A stretch of DNA of 40,489 nt from a virus (IMGVR_UViG_2713896773_000021); one strand, 5' to 3'; shown: positions 19,190 to 27,317, counted from the first letter of the stretch. Notes: a model not told the origin generated them from the letters alone. A program made the numbers and translations.

Positions 19190-19337
19190 GGGACATCACC
19201 TGGGACATTTTCTGGGGTGGGACATTCGCCTGGGACATTTTTGCCATGTCCCACCAGAATGTCCCACTGGAATAAACTGGAATAGCCAGAGCTGGCGAGG
19301 TGTCCGTAATGATCGCCAGAGGTGGGACATGGGACAC
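19189..19337. repeat. Array of 8-bp repeats TGGGACAT (5 direct copies and 2 inverted, plus one GGGACAC variant); candidate cosB-like terminase binding region
   Basis: Direct copies at 19189, 19201, 19218, 19231, 19323; inverted ATGTCCCA at 19246 and 19259; the inner four copies are arranged with dyad symmetry around ~19242. Confidence 0.5.
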
Positions 19338-19427
19338 AAATCTGAAAGTTGTAGCTAGGAAAACACCGCGGCGCGCAATGCCCGTGCCTTACAAAAGGCT
19401 CAGGAAGGACCCAAAACCCCTGGGGGG

Positions 19428-20069
19428 CTATCTGGCCGAGCTGATCGCCTCAGCAATCGCCTGGTGCAGCGCTGAGGGTAACAATGCGTTGACCATGGTG
19501 TTTGCCCTGTCCATATAGCCGAGCGTTGGTTTGACTGGAAGCGCGTCTCCAAACCGAATGAGCAATTTTGGTGCAGGTTGCTTAATCTTGTCTCTGCGCG
19601 TGCCGTTCGGAGAACGTTTTGCCCGTTTCTTCCCTTTTTTGATTTTCGGCTTTTTTCTCTGCCACACGGCATTCACGCCACCAACGTCACCAATAAATAC
19701 GTTTGGCTTTGCTTTGAGCTGAGAGAGCTTATTACGCGGCAGGTTGCCGTATTTATTAAGCTTTATGTCTTTCGGATTAAGCAAAGCACTACCATTAAGC
19801 TTGTGCTCTCCGCCGAACTCGAAGGGTTCAAGGTAGCCAGCAGCAGTATCACGAACAAACACCTTCGCACGAAGGCTGTTTTTCCTGGCACCAACTGACC
19901 CTACCGATTTAACTGTAAAAGGTGTTGGATTATCCAGATTCCGCTCAAATGCTGTTTTTTGGGCCGCTTCTATCTGGCGAACCACTTTAGTCATAGCCTG
20001 GGCAGTCGCAAACGGTATTTGCTTCTGCAGCTGTCTTAACTGACTGGAAAGGTCCTTAAGCGTTGCCAT
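19428..20069 (-). CDS. Hypothetical basic protein (Lys/Arg-rich C-terminal region)
   Basis: 213-aa ORF with AGGAGG RBS 8 nt upstream of ATG 20069; lies between a terminator and the cos-like repeats. Confidence 0.45.
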   Translation of the reverse strand: MATLKDLSSQLRQLQKQIPFATAQAMTKVVRQIEAAQKTAFERNLDNPTPFTVKSVGSVGARKNSLRAKVFVRDTAAGYLEPFEFGGEHKLNGSALLNPKDIKLNKYGNLPRNKLSQLKAKPNVFIGDVGGVNAVWQRKKPKIKKGKKRAKRSPNGTRRDKIKQPAPKLLIRFGDALPVKPTLGYMDRANTMVNALLPSALHQAIAEAISSAR

Positions 20070-20120
20070 ATCATTGACCTCCTAGTTACAGTAATTAAGA
20101 TCAGTTTGCTCATAAAGTTG

Positions 20121-20147
20121 ACAATAAAAAACCGCCCGTAGGCGGTT
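20121..20147 (-). terminator. Rho-independent terminator (stem ccgcc/ggcgg then U-run)
   Basis: Plus strand aaaaaaccgcccgtaggcggtt overlapping the stop of the 20146..20550 gene. Confidence 0.5.
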
Positions 20148-20550
20148 AGTCGAACATTTTATCAAGTTGCTTAGCAAGAGCTCGGTTAAACAGCTCCTTC
20201 GAAACTGTCATCAGCGTGCCCATACTGGCATCTTTGAATCCGGTTTTTAATGTTGCCCAAACCTCTTTGTTACGGAGAGCATCCAAGAAGTCATGCCCCA
20301 TCGCGGTCAATCGCAAGGGCATTACAGCCCAGTGAGTCATTCCGTCTAAAGACTGAATAGCACCAAAGCCGGGCTCCCCATCACTCCTGATAATCAGCCC
20401 TCTATCCTCAAGCAAACGCATATGAAACACAAATGTGTCAGTTTCACAATTGAACCCTAAATCATTTAATCGAATAATATCGGTATCAGGTGAATCCGAT
20501 GCCTCGAAAGCCTCGAGCAAACCTTTAAGGTATTCTTGATCTATTTGCAT
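20146..20550 (-). CDS. Hypothetical protein at the end of the lysis operon (possible moron)
   Basis: 134-aa ORF after Rz, followed by terminator; no family recognised. Confidence 0.45.
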   Translation of the reverse strand: MQIDQEYLKGLLEAFEASDSPDTDIIRLNDLGFNCETDTFVFHMRLLEDRGLIIRSDGEPGFGAIQSLDGMTHWAVMPLRLTAMGHDFLDALRNKEVWATLKTGFKDASMGTLMTVSKELFNRALAKQLDKMFD

Positions 20551-20582
20551 AACCCCTACGTATGTAAAAGGTTAATTTAACA

Positions 20583-21062
20583 TCAATTTAAGCACTGCTC
20601 TTTGATGTATTCCTGCAAATATCCAACCTGTTTCGTCACTGTGACGATTCGCTCTCTGAGGGTGAAATAATCCCGTTCAGCGGAGTCAGTAAGTCGGGGG
20701 CCGGTAACATCGCCCAGGCCGCCGGTGCTGGTCGCTCCGTTCGCGGGACATCTGGCGTTGACGTGCAGCCCACACTTGCCAGTGCGAACACAACGCTGCA
20801 AATCATCAAGCTGCTTTTTAGCATCAGCTAAGTCCTTCGTGTATTTGGCATCCAGCACCGCTGCATCACGCTGGCGGATCTGCATGTCTTTGATGGTGGC
20901 GTTCGCCTGGTTAAGATTCTTAATGGCTTTATCGCGCTGGTCTTTGTAGGTGATGGCGTTGCCGCGGTAGTGGTTAATAGCCCAAGCCATGGAAACCATC
21001 AGGCAGATAACGACAGCACAGATAATTGCTGTTAATCGGCTCACTAATCTAACCCCCAACAC
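20583..21062 (-). CDS. Rz: Rz-like i-spanin
   Basis: N-terminal TM ([20 protein letters not shown]) then coiled-coil-like periplasmic part; likely true start is GTG at 21044 overlapping endolysin stop. Confidence 0.6.
   Translation of the reverse strand: MLGVRLVSRLTAIICAVVICLMVSMAWAINHYRGNAITYKDQRDKAIKNLNQANATIKDMQIRQRDAAVLDAKYTKDLADAKKQLDDLQRCVRTGKCGLHVNARCPANGATSTGGLGDVTGPRLTDSAERDYFTLRERIVTVTKQVGYLQEYIKEQCLN
20636..20824 (-). CDS. Rz1: Rz1-like o-spanin lipoprotein embedded in the +1 frame of Rz
   Basis: [20 protein letters not shown] signal/lipobox-like; ...[26 protein letters not shown] closely resembles lambda Rz1 ([26 protein letters not shown]). Confidence 0.6.
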   Translation of the reverse strand: MLKSSLMICSVVFALASVGCTSTPDVPRTERPAPAAWAMLPAPDLLTPLNGIISPSESESSQ

Positions 21063-21580
21063 GCCAGCGCGCTTTCCTGGTCCCGTCTCTCAACCTGACC
21101 ATAGCAGCCATTCTTCTGGCCTTTGGTTAGTCGGCAATCGCGGCCACCGTCTTTGATCCACCAGCGGATTGCTTCACATGCCCCTTTACGATCACCGGCG
21201 TTGATGCGTTTATAAAAGGTAGAAGGGAAGCATTTACCAGGACCAATGTTGTACGGGCAGAATGAGGCAATCCCCGCTTTCTGCGGTTCGGTCAGTGGTA
21301 CCTGGATATTGCGGTCGACCCAAGCCAGCGCCTTGTTCAGCTCGCTGGCGTTCACCTGATTACATTTCTCTGGCGATAGCCTCATACCTGGGGTAACAGG
21401 CTTGCCGTCAACCGTGGTAGCTCCCCGGCAAATCGTCCAGATACCGCTGCCATCTTTGTACGCTGTAAGGCTGTTTCCCTCTTTCTCATTCAGAAACTGA
21501 TCGAGAATGACGGATGCTGGCGCACCAGCAAGTACCAACCCCAGAACAGCAGCACTTAATTTTGCTCTGGATCCCATCAC
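21044..21580 (-). CDS. SAR endolysin (phage lysozyme, P21 R-like)
   Basis: N-terminal hydrophobic signal-anchor ([19 protein letters not shown]); motifs EG..L.AYKD..G.WTICRG, Y..G.G.F.ST..KRIN.GD.KGAC, RR..E...CWG shared with P21-type lysozymes. Confidence 0.8.
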   Translation of the reverse strand: MMGSRAKLSAAVLGLVLAGAPASVILDQFLNEKEGNSLTAYKDGSGIWTICRGATTVDGKPVTPGMRLSPEKCNQVNASELNKALAWVDRNIQVPLTEPQKAGIASFCPYNIGPGKCFPSTFYKRINAGDRKGACEAIRWWIKDGGRDCRLTKGQKNGCYGQVERRDQESALACWGLD

Positions 21581-21879
21581 TCACCTTCCTTTTGTAATGC
21601 CTCAACGACCACGCTTGCAGCCGCAGGACGTTCGTGAAGGGGTTTATCACCAACGCCTTTCAGGTAGTCATTAACCATTTTTGTTCGCTTCTCGTCCTCT
21701 CTACGCCTGCGGTGGGCATCCACGCGACCATTGACATAGGAGGCAAACGAGATAAGCAGACCAGCGGCGCCAAAGAACATGAACACCATATCCTGAGTGG
21801 TAAAACCAATGGCTGACGCCAGAGCTGCTACCCACGCGAAGAACTGCGTGAAAATGTTCCCTGAATCATTCATTTTCAT
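21577..21879 (-). CDS. Holin (two hydrophobic segments; MKM dual-start motif)
   Basis: 100-aa ORF, GAGGTGA RBS; starts MKMNDSG... like lambda S dual start; ATGA-coupled to endolysin. Confidence 0.65.
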   Translation of the reverse strand: MKMNDSGNIFTQFFAWVAALASAIGFTTQDMVFMFFGAAGLLISFASYVNGRVDAHRRRREDEKRTKMVNDYLKGVGDKPLHERPAAASVVVEALQKEGE

Positions 21880-21914
21880 GGTCTCTCACCTCGCTGTGTG
21901 CGGGTGTTATTGAG

Positions 21915-21941
21915 GTAATAAAAAAGGCCGCTTGAGCGACC
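21915..21941 (-). terminator. Terminator-like hairpin (ggucgc/gcggcc with G-U pair, then U6AUU) between methyltransferase and holin
   Basis: Plus strand taataaaaaaggccgcttgagcgacc. Confidence 0.4.
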
Positions 21942-21947
21942 TCACGT

Positions 21948-23000
21948 TTATTCCCCTGTTAACGCCCTTATTTCCTCCACCGTCTGGCTAAACCTGTCCT
22001 CCTCGAGTTCAACGCCGATAGCCTGGCGGCCAAGTTCCAGCGCGATTTTCACGGTCGAACCGGACCCCATAAAGAAATCAGCCACCACATCACTAGGCTT
22101 ACTGCTGGCGTTGATGATCTGCCGCAACATGTCAGCGGGTTTTTCGCATGGGTGTTTACCTGGGTAAAACTGAACGGGTTTATGTGTCCAGACGTCGGTA
22201 TAAGGAACGGATACGGAAACAGAGAAATGCCGCCGAAGCGATTTGTACTCTTCGAGCAGCTCTGAATACTTGCGATTTAACGAATGCCACATAGCCACCA
22301 GCTGGTGGTGTGGTGTTGCCAGTTCGCCGTTCTGGTGCTTTTCGATGGCTACCTGCGTGAAAAGGGACTGAAGATTCCGGTAGTCTGATTCATTCGGTAA
22401 TTGCCACTGGCTACCGCTGAACCAGTGAGACACCATGTTCTTCTTTCCAGTCGCATCGGCTATTTGTTTTGAGGTTATGCCAAGCGCTTCACGTGCATCC
22501 CGGAAATAAGAAATTAGGGGAGTCATTACATGCTGCTTCAGCTCGCTTCCCTTCTCCGCGTAACCGTCGCTCTTTGGTTTATACGGCCCCTGGTAATGCT
22601 CAGCGAAGAGGATGCGCTCTGTTGCAGGGAAGTAAGAGCGCAGACTCTCTTTATTACAGCCATTCCAGCGGCCCGACGGTTTAGCCCAGATGATGTGGTT
22701 CAGGACGTTGAACCGCTCACGCATCATGATCTCAATGTCTGCCGCCAGGCGGTGACCGGAGAAAAGATAAAGACTGCCAGCAGGTTTAAGCACTCGCCAG
22801 AATTGTGCGAGGCACATATCAAGCCAGCGAAGATAATCCTCATCCCCTTTCCACTGATTGTCCCAGCCGTTGGGTTTCACTTTGAAGTACGGCGGATCCG
22901 TGACTATCAGGTCAATGGAGTTATCAGGGAGAGTGGCGATGTATTGCAGGCTATCAGCGTTGACTAACTCAACACTGTTTATATTTACAGTATTTTTCAT
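21948..23000 (-). CDS. DNA methyltransferase, beta-class (DPPY motif before FxGxG); N6-adenine or N4-cytosine specific
   Basis: ...IDLIVTDPPYFK... near N-terminus and ...DVVADFFMGSGSTVKIAL... near C-terminus. Confidence 0.75.
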   Translation of the reverse strand: MKNTVNINSVELVNADSLQYIATLPDNSIDLIVTDPPYFKVKPNGWDNQWKGDEDYLRWLDMCLAQFWRVLKPAGSLYLFSGHRLAADIEIMMRERFNVLNHIIWAKPSGRWNGCNKESLRSYFPATERILFAEHYQGPYKPKSDGYAEKGSELKQHVMTPLISYFRDAREALGITSKQIADATGKKNMVSHWFSGSQWQLPNESDYRNLQSLFTQVAIEKHQNGELATPHHQLVAMWHSLNRKYSELLEEYKSLRRHFSVSVSVPYTDVWTHKPVQFYPGKHPCEKPADMLRQIINASSKPSDVVADFFMGSGSTVKIALELGRQAIGVELEEDRFSQTVEEIRALTGE

Positions 23001-23167
23001 AGATCAATAAGCGTAACTCTGATAGGCTCTCTTTGCTTTTGCGCTAAAGCAATGGGCCTTGGTTAGCTTGTGACCTGAAAGCATGAGCTGATGGCTGGTG
23101 GGTGCTCCAACATCCACCAGCCGCCCATTTTCACAGCAAAATACCTCCGAAATGGAGGTGCGAAGGC

Positions 23168-23192
23168 ATAAAAAAACCCCGCTTAAGCGAGG
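23168..23192 (-). terminator. Terminator-like hairpin (ccucgc/gcgggg with G-U pair, then U7) downstream of HEPN gene
   Basis: Plus strand ataaaaaaaccccgcttaagcgagg, 18 nt after stop of 23210..23614. Confidence 0.4.
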
Positions 23193-23209
23193 TTATTTCG
23201 AATAGATAA

Positions 23210-23614
23210 TCAAGCAGCAGGTTCGGATGGATAAACCTGCTCATACATCTGCTGAAGGGTGTCAATAGCTTTGTTAGCCATTATCAATATAGCTTCCGCA
23301 TCAGCCTTACTTAAAGTTCTATCAAGCTCGTAATCTGCCCATTTACGTCGGGTATGCAAATGTCTCAGCATTGTTCCCATAGAAATGAGTTTCATTTTTT
23401 CAAACGGCTCATTTCCTTTTAACCATGCATCATTTGTAAGATAGTCGCGAACAGCTTGGTGTGACGACTTGTTTGGGCATTTCTCAAGCTTATCAAGCGT
23501 TTCATGATAAACTCCATAATACGCTCGACCAATGGCGTTTCTGTAACCGATTTCATCGTTGTGAGAAATGCATTTACCAGCAAAAACAATAAAATCTTTC
23601 CCCGATACGCTCAT
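23210..23614 (-). CDS. HEPN-domain protein (predicted RNase-type effector/toxin)
   Basis: 134 aa; ...NAIGRAYYGVYHETLDKL... and ...RRKWADYE... match the classic HEPN helix-1 (RAYYamfH) and R..ADY motifs; start ATG overlaps stop of upstream gene (TGATGA). Confidence 0.6.
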   Translation of the reverse strand: MSVSGKDFIVFAGKCISHNDEIGYRNAIGRAYYGVYHETLDKLEKCPNKSSHQAVRDYLTNDAWLKGNEPFEKMKLISMGTMLRHLHTRRKWADYELDRTLSKADAEAILIMANKAIDTLQQMYEQVYPSEPAA

Positions 23615-24369
23615 CAGTAAATCCCTCTTTTTTCATCGCTTTGAAACCAGGATGTAAAAGGGCTGTTCCGATAACTATCATCTGAGAGCAAAACCAACAG
23701 TTCCATGTTCATTTCAGCTAAAACCTGCGGATCAGCAGTTTGGGCTCTAACGATGAATGCATTGTCATCATCTCCACCAAGATAATAGCTAACACTTGAA
23801 CAGTTAATACCGCGCTTGTTCGCAATCTCTTCAGCTTGATCGCAAAGGGCTTCTAGTTCTCGAGAAGAAAGACGGGTAGCGTTTTTGAAATCAACAATCT
23901 GTTCAGCCATATAATTTCCCTGATTGATTATATCCTCTCGCTCTTGGCCATCATAAAGAGCAGCCATTTTGAGGGAGAACTTTTTAACCAACTTGTCGTT
24001 GCCGATACAAAATGCAGCGTTTCTTGCTACAAGCCTCAGTTCATGTGAAGGGAAAAGCTCAACTATTCTAAACAACTCAACGCGATGCTCATAGTTATGA
24101 GCCGAACGAGAAAGATACGCCAAGTAGTTTTGTGCGATCGTTGGACTCCCAGAGCTCATCGCGTCTTTGAATAAACGTACTGCATCAGAGTGACGCCCGA
24201 GAGTTCCATTAAGCCATGCATACGCATGTGCGCGCTCACTTATTGGAAGTTTAGCAATGTCGCGCTCAATTTCCGCAATAGTGTCTGTATCCGGGACTTC
24301 TCCCTTCTGGAAGTAATCGAGGATTGTTGCAAGCAGTTCTTGTTCTTTTGACTCAGGCTGTCCTGACAT
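23614..24369 (-). CDS. Uncharacterised helical protein, partner of HEPN protein
   Basis: First ATG at 24369 (MSGQPESKEQ...), ~251 aa; no catalytic motif recognised; 1-nt overlap with HEPN gene implies co-translation. Confidence 0.5.
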   Translation of the reverse strand: MSGQPESKEQELLATILDYFQKGEVPDTDTIAEIERDIAKLPISERAHAYAWLNGTLGRHSDAVRLFKDAMSSGSPTIAQNYLAYLSRSAHNYEHRVELFRIVELFPSHELRLVARNAAFCIGNDKLVKKFSLKMAALYDGQEREDIINQGNYMAEQIVDFKNATRLSSRELEALCDQAEEIANKRGINCSSVSYYLGGDDDNAFIVRAQTADPQVLAEMNMELLVLLSDDSYRNSPFTSWFQSDEKRGIY

Positions 24370-24520
24370 AATTTTCCCGAAGAAAACCAAATTCTGTATG
24401 TTTTCAATAGCTTCACTGGATAGGTTTTTATATTGCTGTCATCAGTATTGAAGCTTTTACGGGATTGTACAGGACCATCAGCGTTCTACTTGTGCATAAG
24501 AATTTAATAAACCTACAGAC

Positions 24521-24594
24521 TTATCCACAGAAAAAAGAGTTATCAACAAAAAAAGTTATTCACAACTTAACTAATAGCAAAATATTGTTGATAA
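24521..24594. promoter_or_regulatory. Cluster of DnaA-box-like 9-mers in AT-rich leader of the cargo operon
   Basis: TTATCCACA 24521-24529 (perfect consensus), TTATCAACA 24540-24548, TTATTCACA 24556-24564, inverted TGTTGATAA 24586-24594. Confidence 0.3.
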
Positions 24595-24716
24595 GCTGTG
24601 CGTAATTATCATATCCATCAAACTTACGCACATTAGAGCCTTGTGTTGCCTATCCATCGTTTTTTCCTATCAAAACGAAACGACATGCTTTTCTGCGATT
24701 AAAAAAGTATTCCGCA

Positions 24717-24746
24717 AAATTAAAAAACCCGCTCACTGGCGGGTTT
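24717..24746 (-). terminator. tR'-like rho-independent terminator just downstream of Q-like gene
   Basis: Minus-strand RNA aaacccgccagugagcggguuuuuuaauuuu (stem cccgc/gcggg). Confidence 0.55.
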
Positions 24747-24778
24747 ATATACTGTTGGCAACATATCAAATTAGCTTC

Positions 24779-24808
24779 AAATATCGCTTATTTTGTTGCA
24801 TTTTGCAA
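24779..24808 (-). promoter_or_regulatory. Candidate late promoter (PR'-like): -35 TTGCAA, 17-18 nt spacer, -10 GATATT/ATATTT
   Basis: Located between Q-like stop (24839) and the terminator; sigma70-like hexamers read on the minus strand. Confidence 0.25.
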
Positions 24809-24838
24809 GCCCAATTGAGGGAGTTAGTGAAAGTTATC

Positions 24839-25531
24839 TCACATTTCCGCCACTTTGAGTTCTTGGTACTCTTCGTACCGTGACAAAATTTCGCTTAGTG
24901 CCTGGCTGTCCATTTCTGCAAACGACGCTTTGAAAGCCGCCCAGTGGCCTGAATACACTCTGAGCCAGGTGGAACGCTCAACGCTGACCATGCGCGCCAG
25001 AGCTGCTCCAGCATACTCCTGATAGGTATCGTTATTACGCGAGGCAGCAACTTCTTGCGCCGCCAGCCAGACAAGCCCTATCAGTTTTTTAGTGACACGG
25101 CCCTGTATTTTTTTGCCGCTATGCTGACGCTGAAATTGTTCCCACACGTACTGGCACATTAACGTCTGGTACCGGAAGGTCAGGTCATACCCATAGCAAT
25201 ACCGCACCCATGCCTGCAAATGCTCCCCCAGACCATTCACCGACCGACGCCATGCTGAACAAGCGAACTCCGTATCCTTAATAGGCGGTAAAGGTCGGCG
25301 ACGGCTCCTTGTCTCAAGAACATAAAGCGGAGTGGCCAGAGTTTTTACAACCTTCGATCCACAACCTTCCCCACCTTCCATGACGATTTCAGGATGGTGC
25401 CGGGGGTATTTGTTCTTATCTGCTGGTGGATGCTCACTGAACGCCTGCAGCTGTCCTTTTGTCGAACCTGATAAATCCGCCAGCGCTCGGCGCAGTTCAA
25501 TCCGCGTATATTCCAGTTCTTGTAAATTCAT
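24839..25531 (-). CDS. Putative late-gene antiterminator (Q-like by position; family not recognised)
   Basis: First ATG at 25531 (MNLQELEYTRIELRR...); immediately upstream of a promoter/terminator pair and the late operon; no zinc-finger motif. Confidence 0.4.
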   Translation of the reverse strand: MNLQELEYTRIELRRALADLSGSTKGQLQAFSEHPPADKNKYPRHHPEIVMEGGEGCGSKVVKTLATPLYVLETRSRRRPLPPIKDTEFACSAWRRSVNGLGEHLQAWVRYCYGYDLTFRYQTLMCQYVWEQFQRQHSGKKIQGRVTKKLIGLVWLAAQEVAASRNNDTYQEYAGAALARMVSVERSTWLRVYSGHWAAFKASFAEMDSQALSEILSRYEEYQELKVAEM

Positions 25532-25552
25532 TATGCTCAGCGCTCCATACAA

Positions 25553-26614
25553 TTACGCTTTTGTTATTACGCCGATCGCCAGCGCTCGATTCATAAATCG
25601 GAATAGCAGCTCCAGCTGGGTACCGTGTTTTTTCTCGAACGCTGCAACATCAGCATGTAATTTGTCGTGACACTCTCTGCACAGAGGGATCACGAACAAA
25701 TCGTGGGCTTTAGTGGCGGTACCGCCCATGCCGTGACCAATGACATGGTGTGGATCATCCGCTGGCCGCCGGCAACCTTCACAGGGCTGGGTTTTAGCCC
25801 ACCGGGTATAGTCCTCATTCACCCACCTGCGGTGTTTTGGGCGCAACATGAATGATTCAGGGGATTCAGGATCCGCATGCAGAGCCAGAACCTGTGGCTG
25901 GTCATAGGCCACTTCCTGATTTGTTCCATGCTTTAAATGCGCAGCCGTGACCGCAGGGGTGACCTTCTTCTGCAAAATGTTTTTTGTCGGTGGCATCGGC
26001 ACAATGTCACTTTCGCGATATACGGATAAAAACGGCTCATCCGGTAAGCGAAGCGCATGCTGGGCCATCCTTTCCGTGATTGCATCAGCAATGCCTGAGT
26101 AAACGGCCCACCAGCACAATTCACCGAGGGATAGTTCACGCTCGTTGTTGTAGCCAAGCGAAGACAGGATAGAACTGATCAGCCAGTTAATGAGATTACG
26201 CCGGGCCAGTTCTGCCAGCGCCGCGGTGGTTTGCTCGCGCAGCTGGTTATCGCAATGCCAACAGAGCAACATTGATCCAGGGGGATGTCGCATCGTTACC
26301 AGCTCATGATGGTGATAATCAGTGTGCGGGTACTGGCATTCCTTCACGTTACGCTCTAGCCAGGATTCCAACCCGGACAAACCGCCTGCTGCACGGATAA
26401 CTCTCTCGTCGGTGAAGAATTCCTCGAGGGACTTATCTTCTGCCAGCGGCTGCCGGGCATCAGGGACGAGCCCCGACGGAAGCCCAGCCATGCTTTTTGG
26501 CTGAGGCTCCACCAGCACACGCCCCTGTTGAAACAAAGACATCAGTTCGCTACCCGGCTTTAACAGCACAAGCCCAAGGCGCGGAACAGTCTCGGCTGTA
26601 AACAGTCCTCTCAC
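25553..26614 (-). CDS. DUF968-like protein with C-terminal Cys/His cluster
   Basis: C-terminus ...CEGCRRPADDPHHVIGHGMGGTATKAHDLFVIPLCRECHDKLH...; GTG start overlapping upstream stop. Confidence 0.5.
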   Translation of the reverse strand: MRGLFTAETVPRLGLVLLKPGSELMSLFQQGRVLVEPQPKSMAGLPSGLVPDARQPLAEDKSLEEFFTDERVIRAAGGLSGLESWLERNVKECQYPHTDYHHHELVTMRHPPGSMLLCWHCDNQLREQTTAALAELARRNLINWLISSILSSLGYNNERELSLGELCWWAVYSGIADAITERMAQHALRLPDEPFLSVYRESDIVPMPPTKNILQKKVTPAVTAAHLKHGTNQEVAYDQPQVLALHADPESPESFMLRPKHRRWVNEDYTRWAKTQPCEGCRRPADDPHHVIGHGMGGTATKAHDLFVIPLCRECHDKLHADVAAFEKKHGTQLELLFRFMNRALAIGVITKA

Positions 26615-27303
26615 GCGGCATGCCCCTTAGCGATGTGTGCCGTCCACAGGCCGCCGATCCACTCGATGCCTTTGGGTGTAAAACGTGCCTGGCTAAAGGC
26701 GTAGTTTGTTTCGCTCGTAGTGCCAGTTTTCACTTCAAACCGCCCGGCAGCAATGTGCTGGTGCCGAGGTGTCAGCACTCCACTGAGCCGGTACAAAATG
26801 CCGCTCTCAATGAGGAACAAGCGGAAATCGGTCTCTTTGGCCTGCAACAGCTTTGCCACCTGGCGGAAAGACATTGAGCCTTTGGCAGTACAATATCGAT
26901 CGACAAACTCAACTTTCGGCGCGGCAGCGGCTAACTGCTGGCTGAGTTGTTCTTTCTGCTCGGCCAGATCCGCGGCGAGACGTAATGCCTCCGGCAATGT
27001 TTGCGGGACACTTACGGCCTGGCTGTTCTCCAGCTCTTGCCAGCGATCGACAACAGCGGCGGTAAATTCTGGCGACAGCCTGGCGACGATCACCAGAGAA
27101 TCACGTTTGTTAAACCAATACTCCTCGTAGGTTTGCCCGTTTTGCGGGTGTGTGTAGGGGGTGTGCGCCAACGGCGCGGTTAAAATACCAGCAGATGCAA
27201 GGCGCTCAGCTGAGCGCTTCACATCACCATGTTTGCTCTGCACCAGCCTGGCAATTTCACGGCTGGACATTGTCACAACACCCTTAGCGGTTAACTGATT
27301 CAT
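26611..27303 (-). CDS. Antirepressor (Rha-type N-terminal domain + KilA-C-like C-terminal domain)
   Basis: Start at ATG 27303 with GGAGAAA RBS; N-terminus MNQLTAKGVVTMSSREIARLVQSKHGDVKRSAERL is Rha-like. Confidence 0.65.
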   Translation of the reverse strand: MNQLTAKGVVTMSSREIARLVQSKHGDVKRSAERLASAGILTAPLAHTPYTHPQNGQTYEEYWFNKRDSLVIVARLSPEFTAAVVDRWQELENSQAVSVPQTLPEALRLAADLAEQKEQLSQQLAAAAPKVEFVDRYCTAKGSMSFRQVAKLLQAKETDFRLFLIESGILYRLSGVLTPRHQHIAAGRFEVKTGTTSETNYAFSQARFTPKGIEWIGGLWTAHIAKGHAA

Positions 27304-27317
27304 GCTATTTCTCCATA

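Noticed and set aside
19189-19337. Possible CRISPR array from the repeated GGGACAT units
   Set aside because: Units are only 8 bp with irregular 12-17 bp spacing and mixed orientation; consistent with protein-binding sites, not CRISPR repeats
23091-23121. 8-bp stem hairpin gctggtgg...ccaccagc upstream of the DPPY methyltransferase
   Set aside because: No adjacent U tract and no small ORF of meaningful length; could be a regulatory structure but evidence is too thin to call
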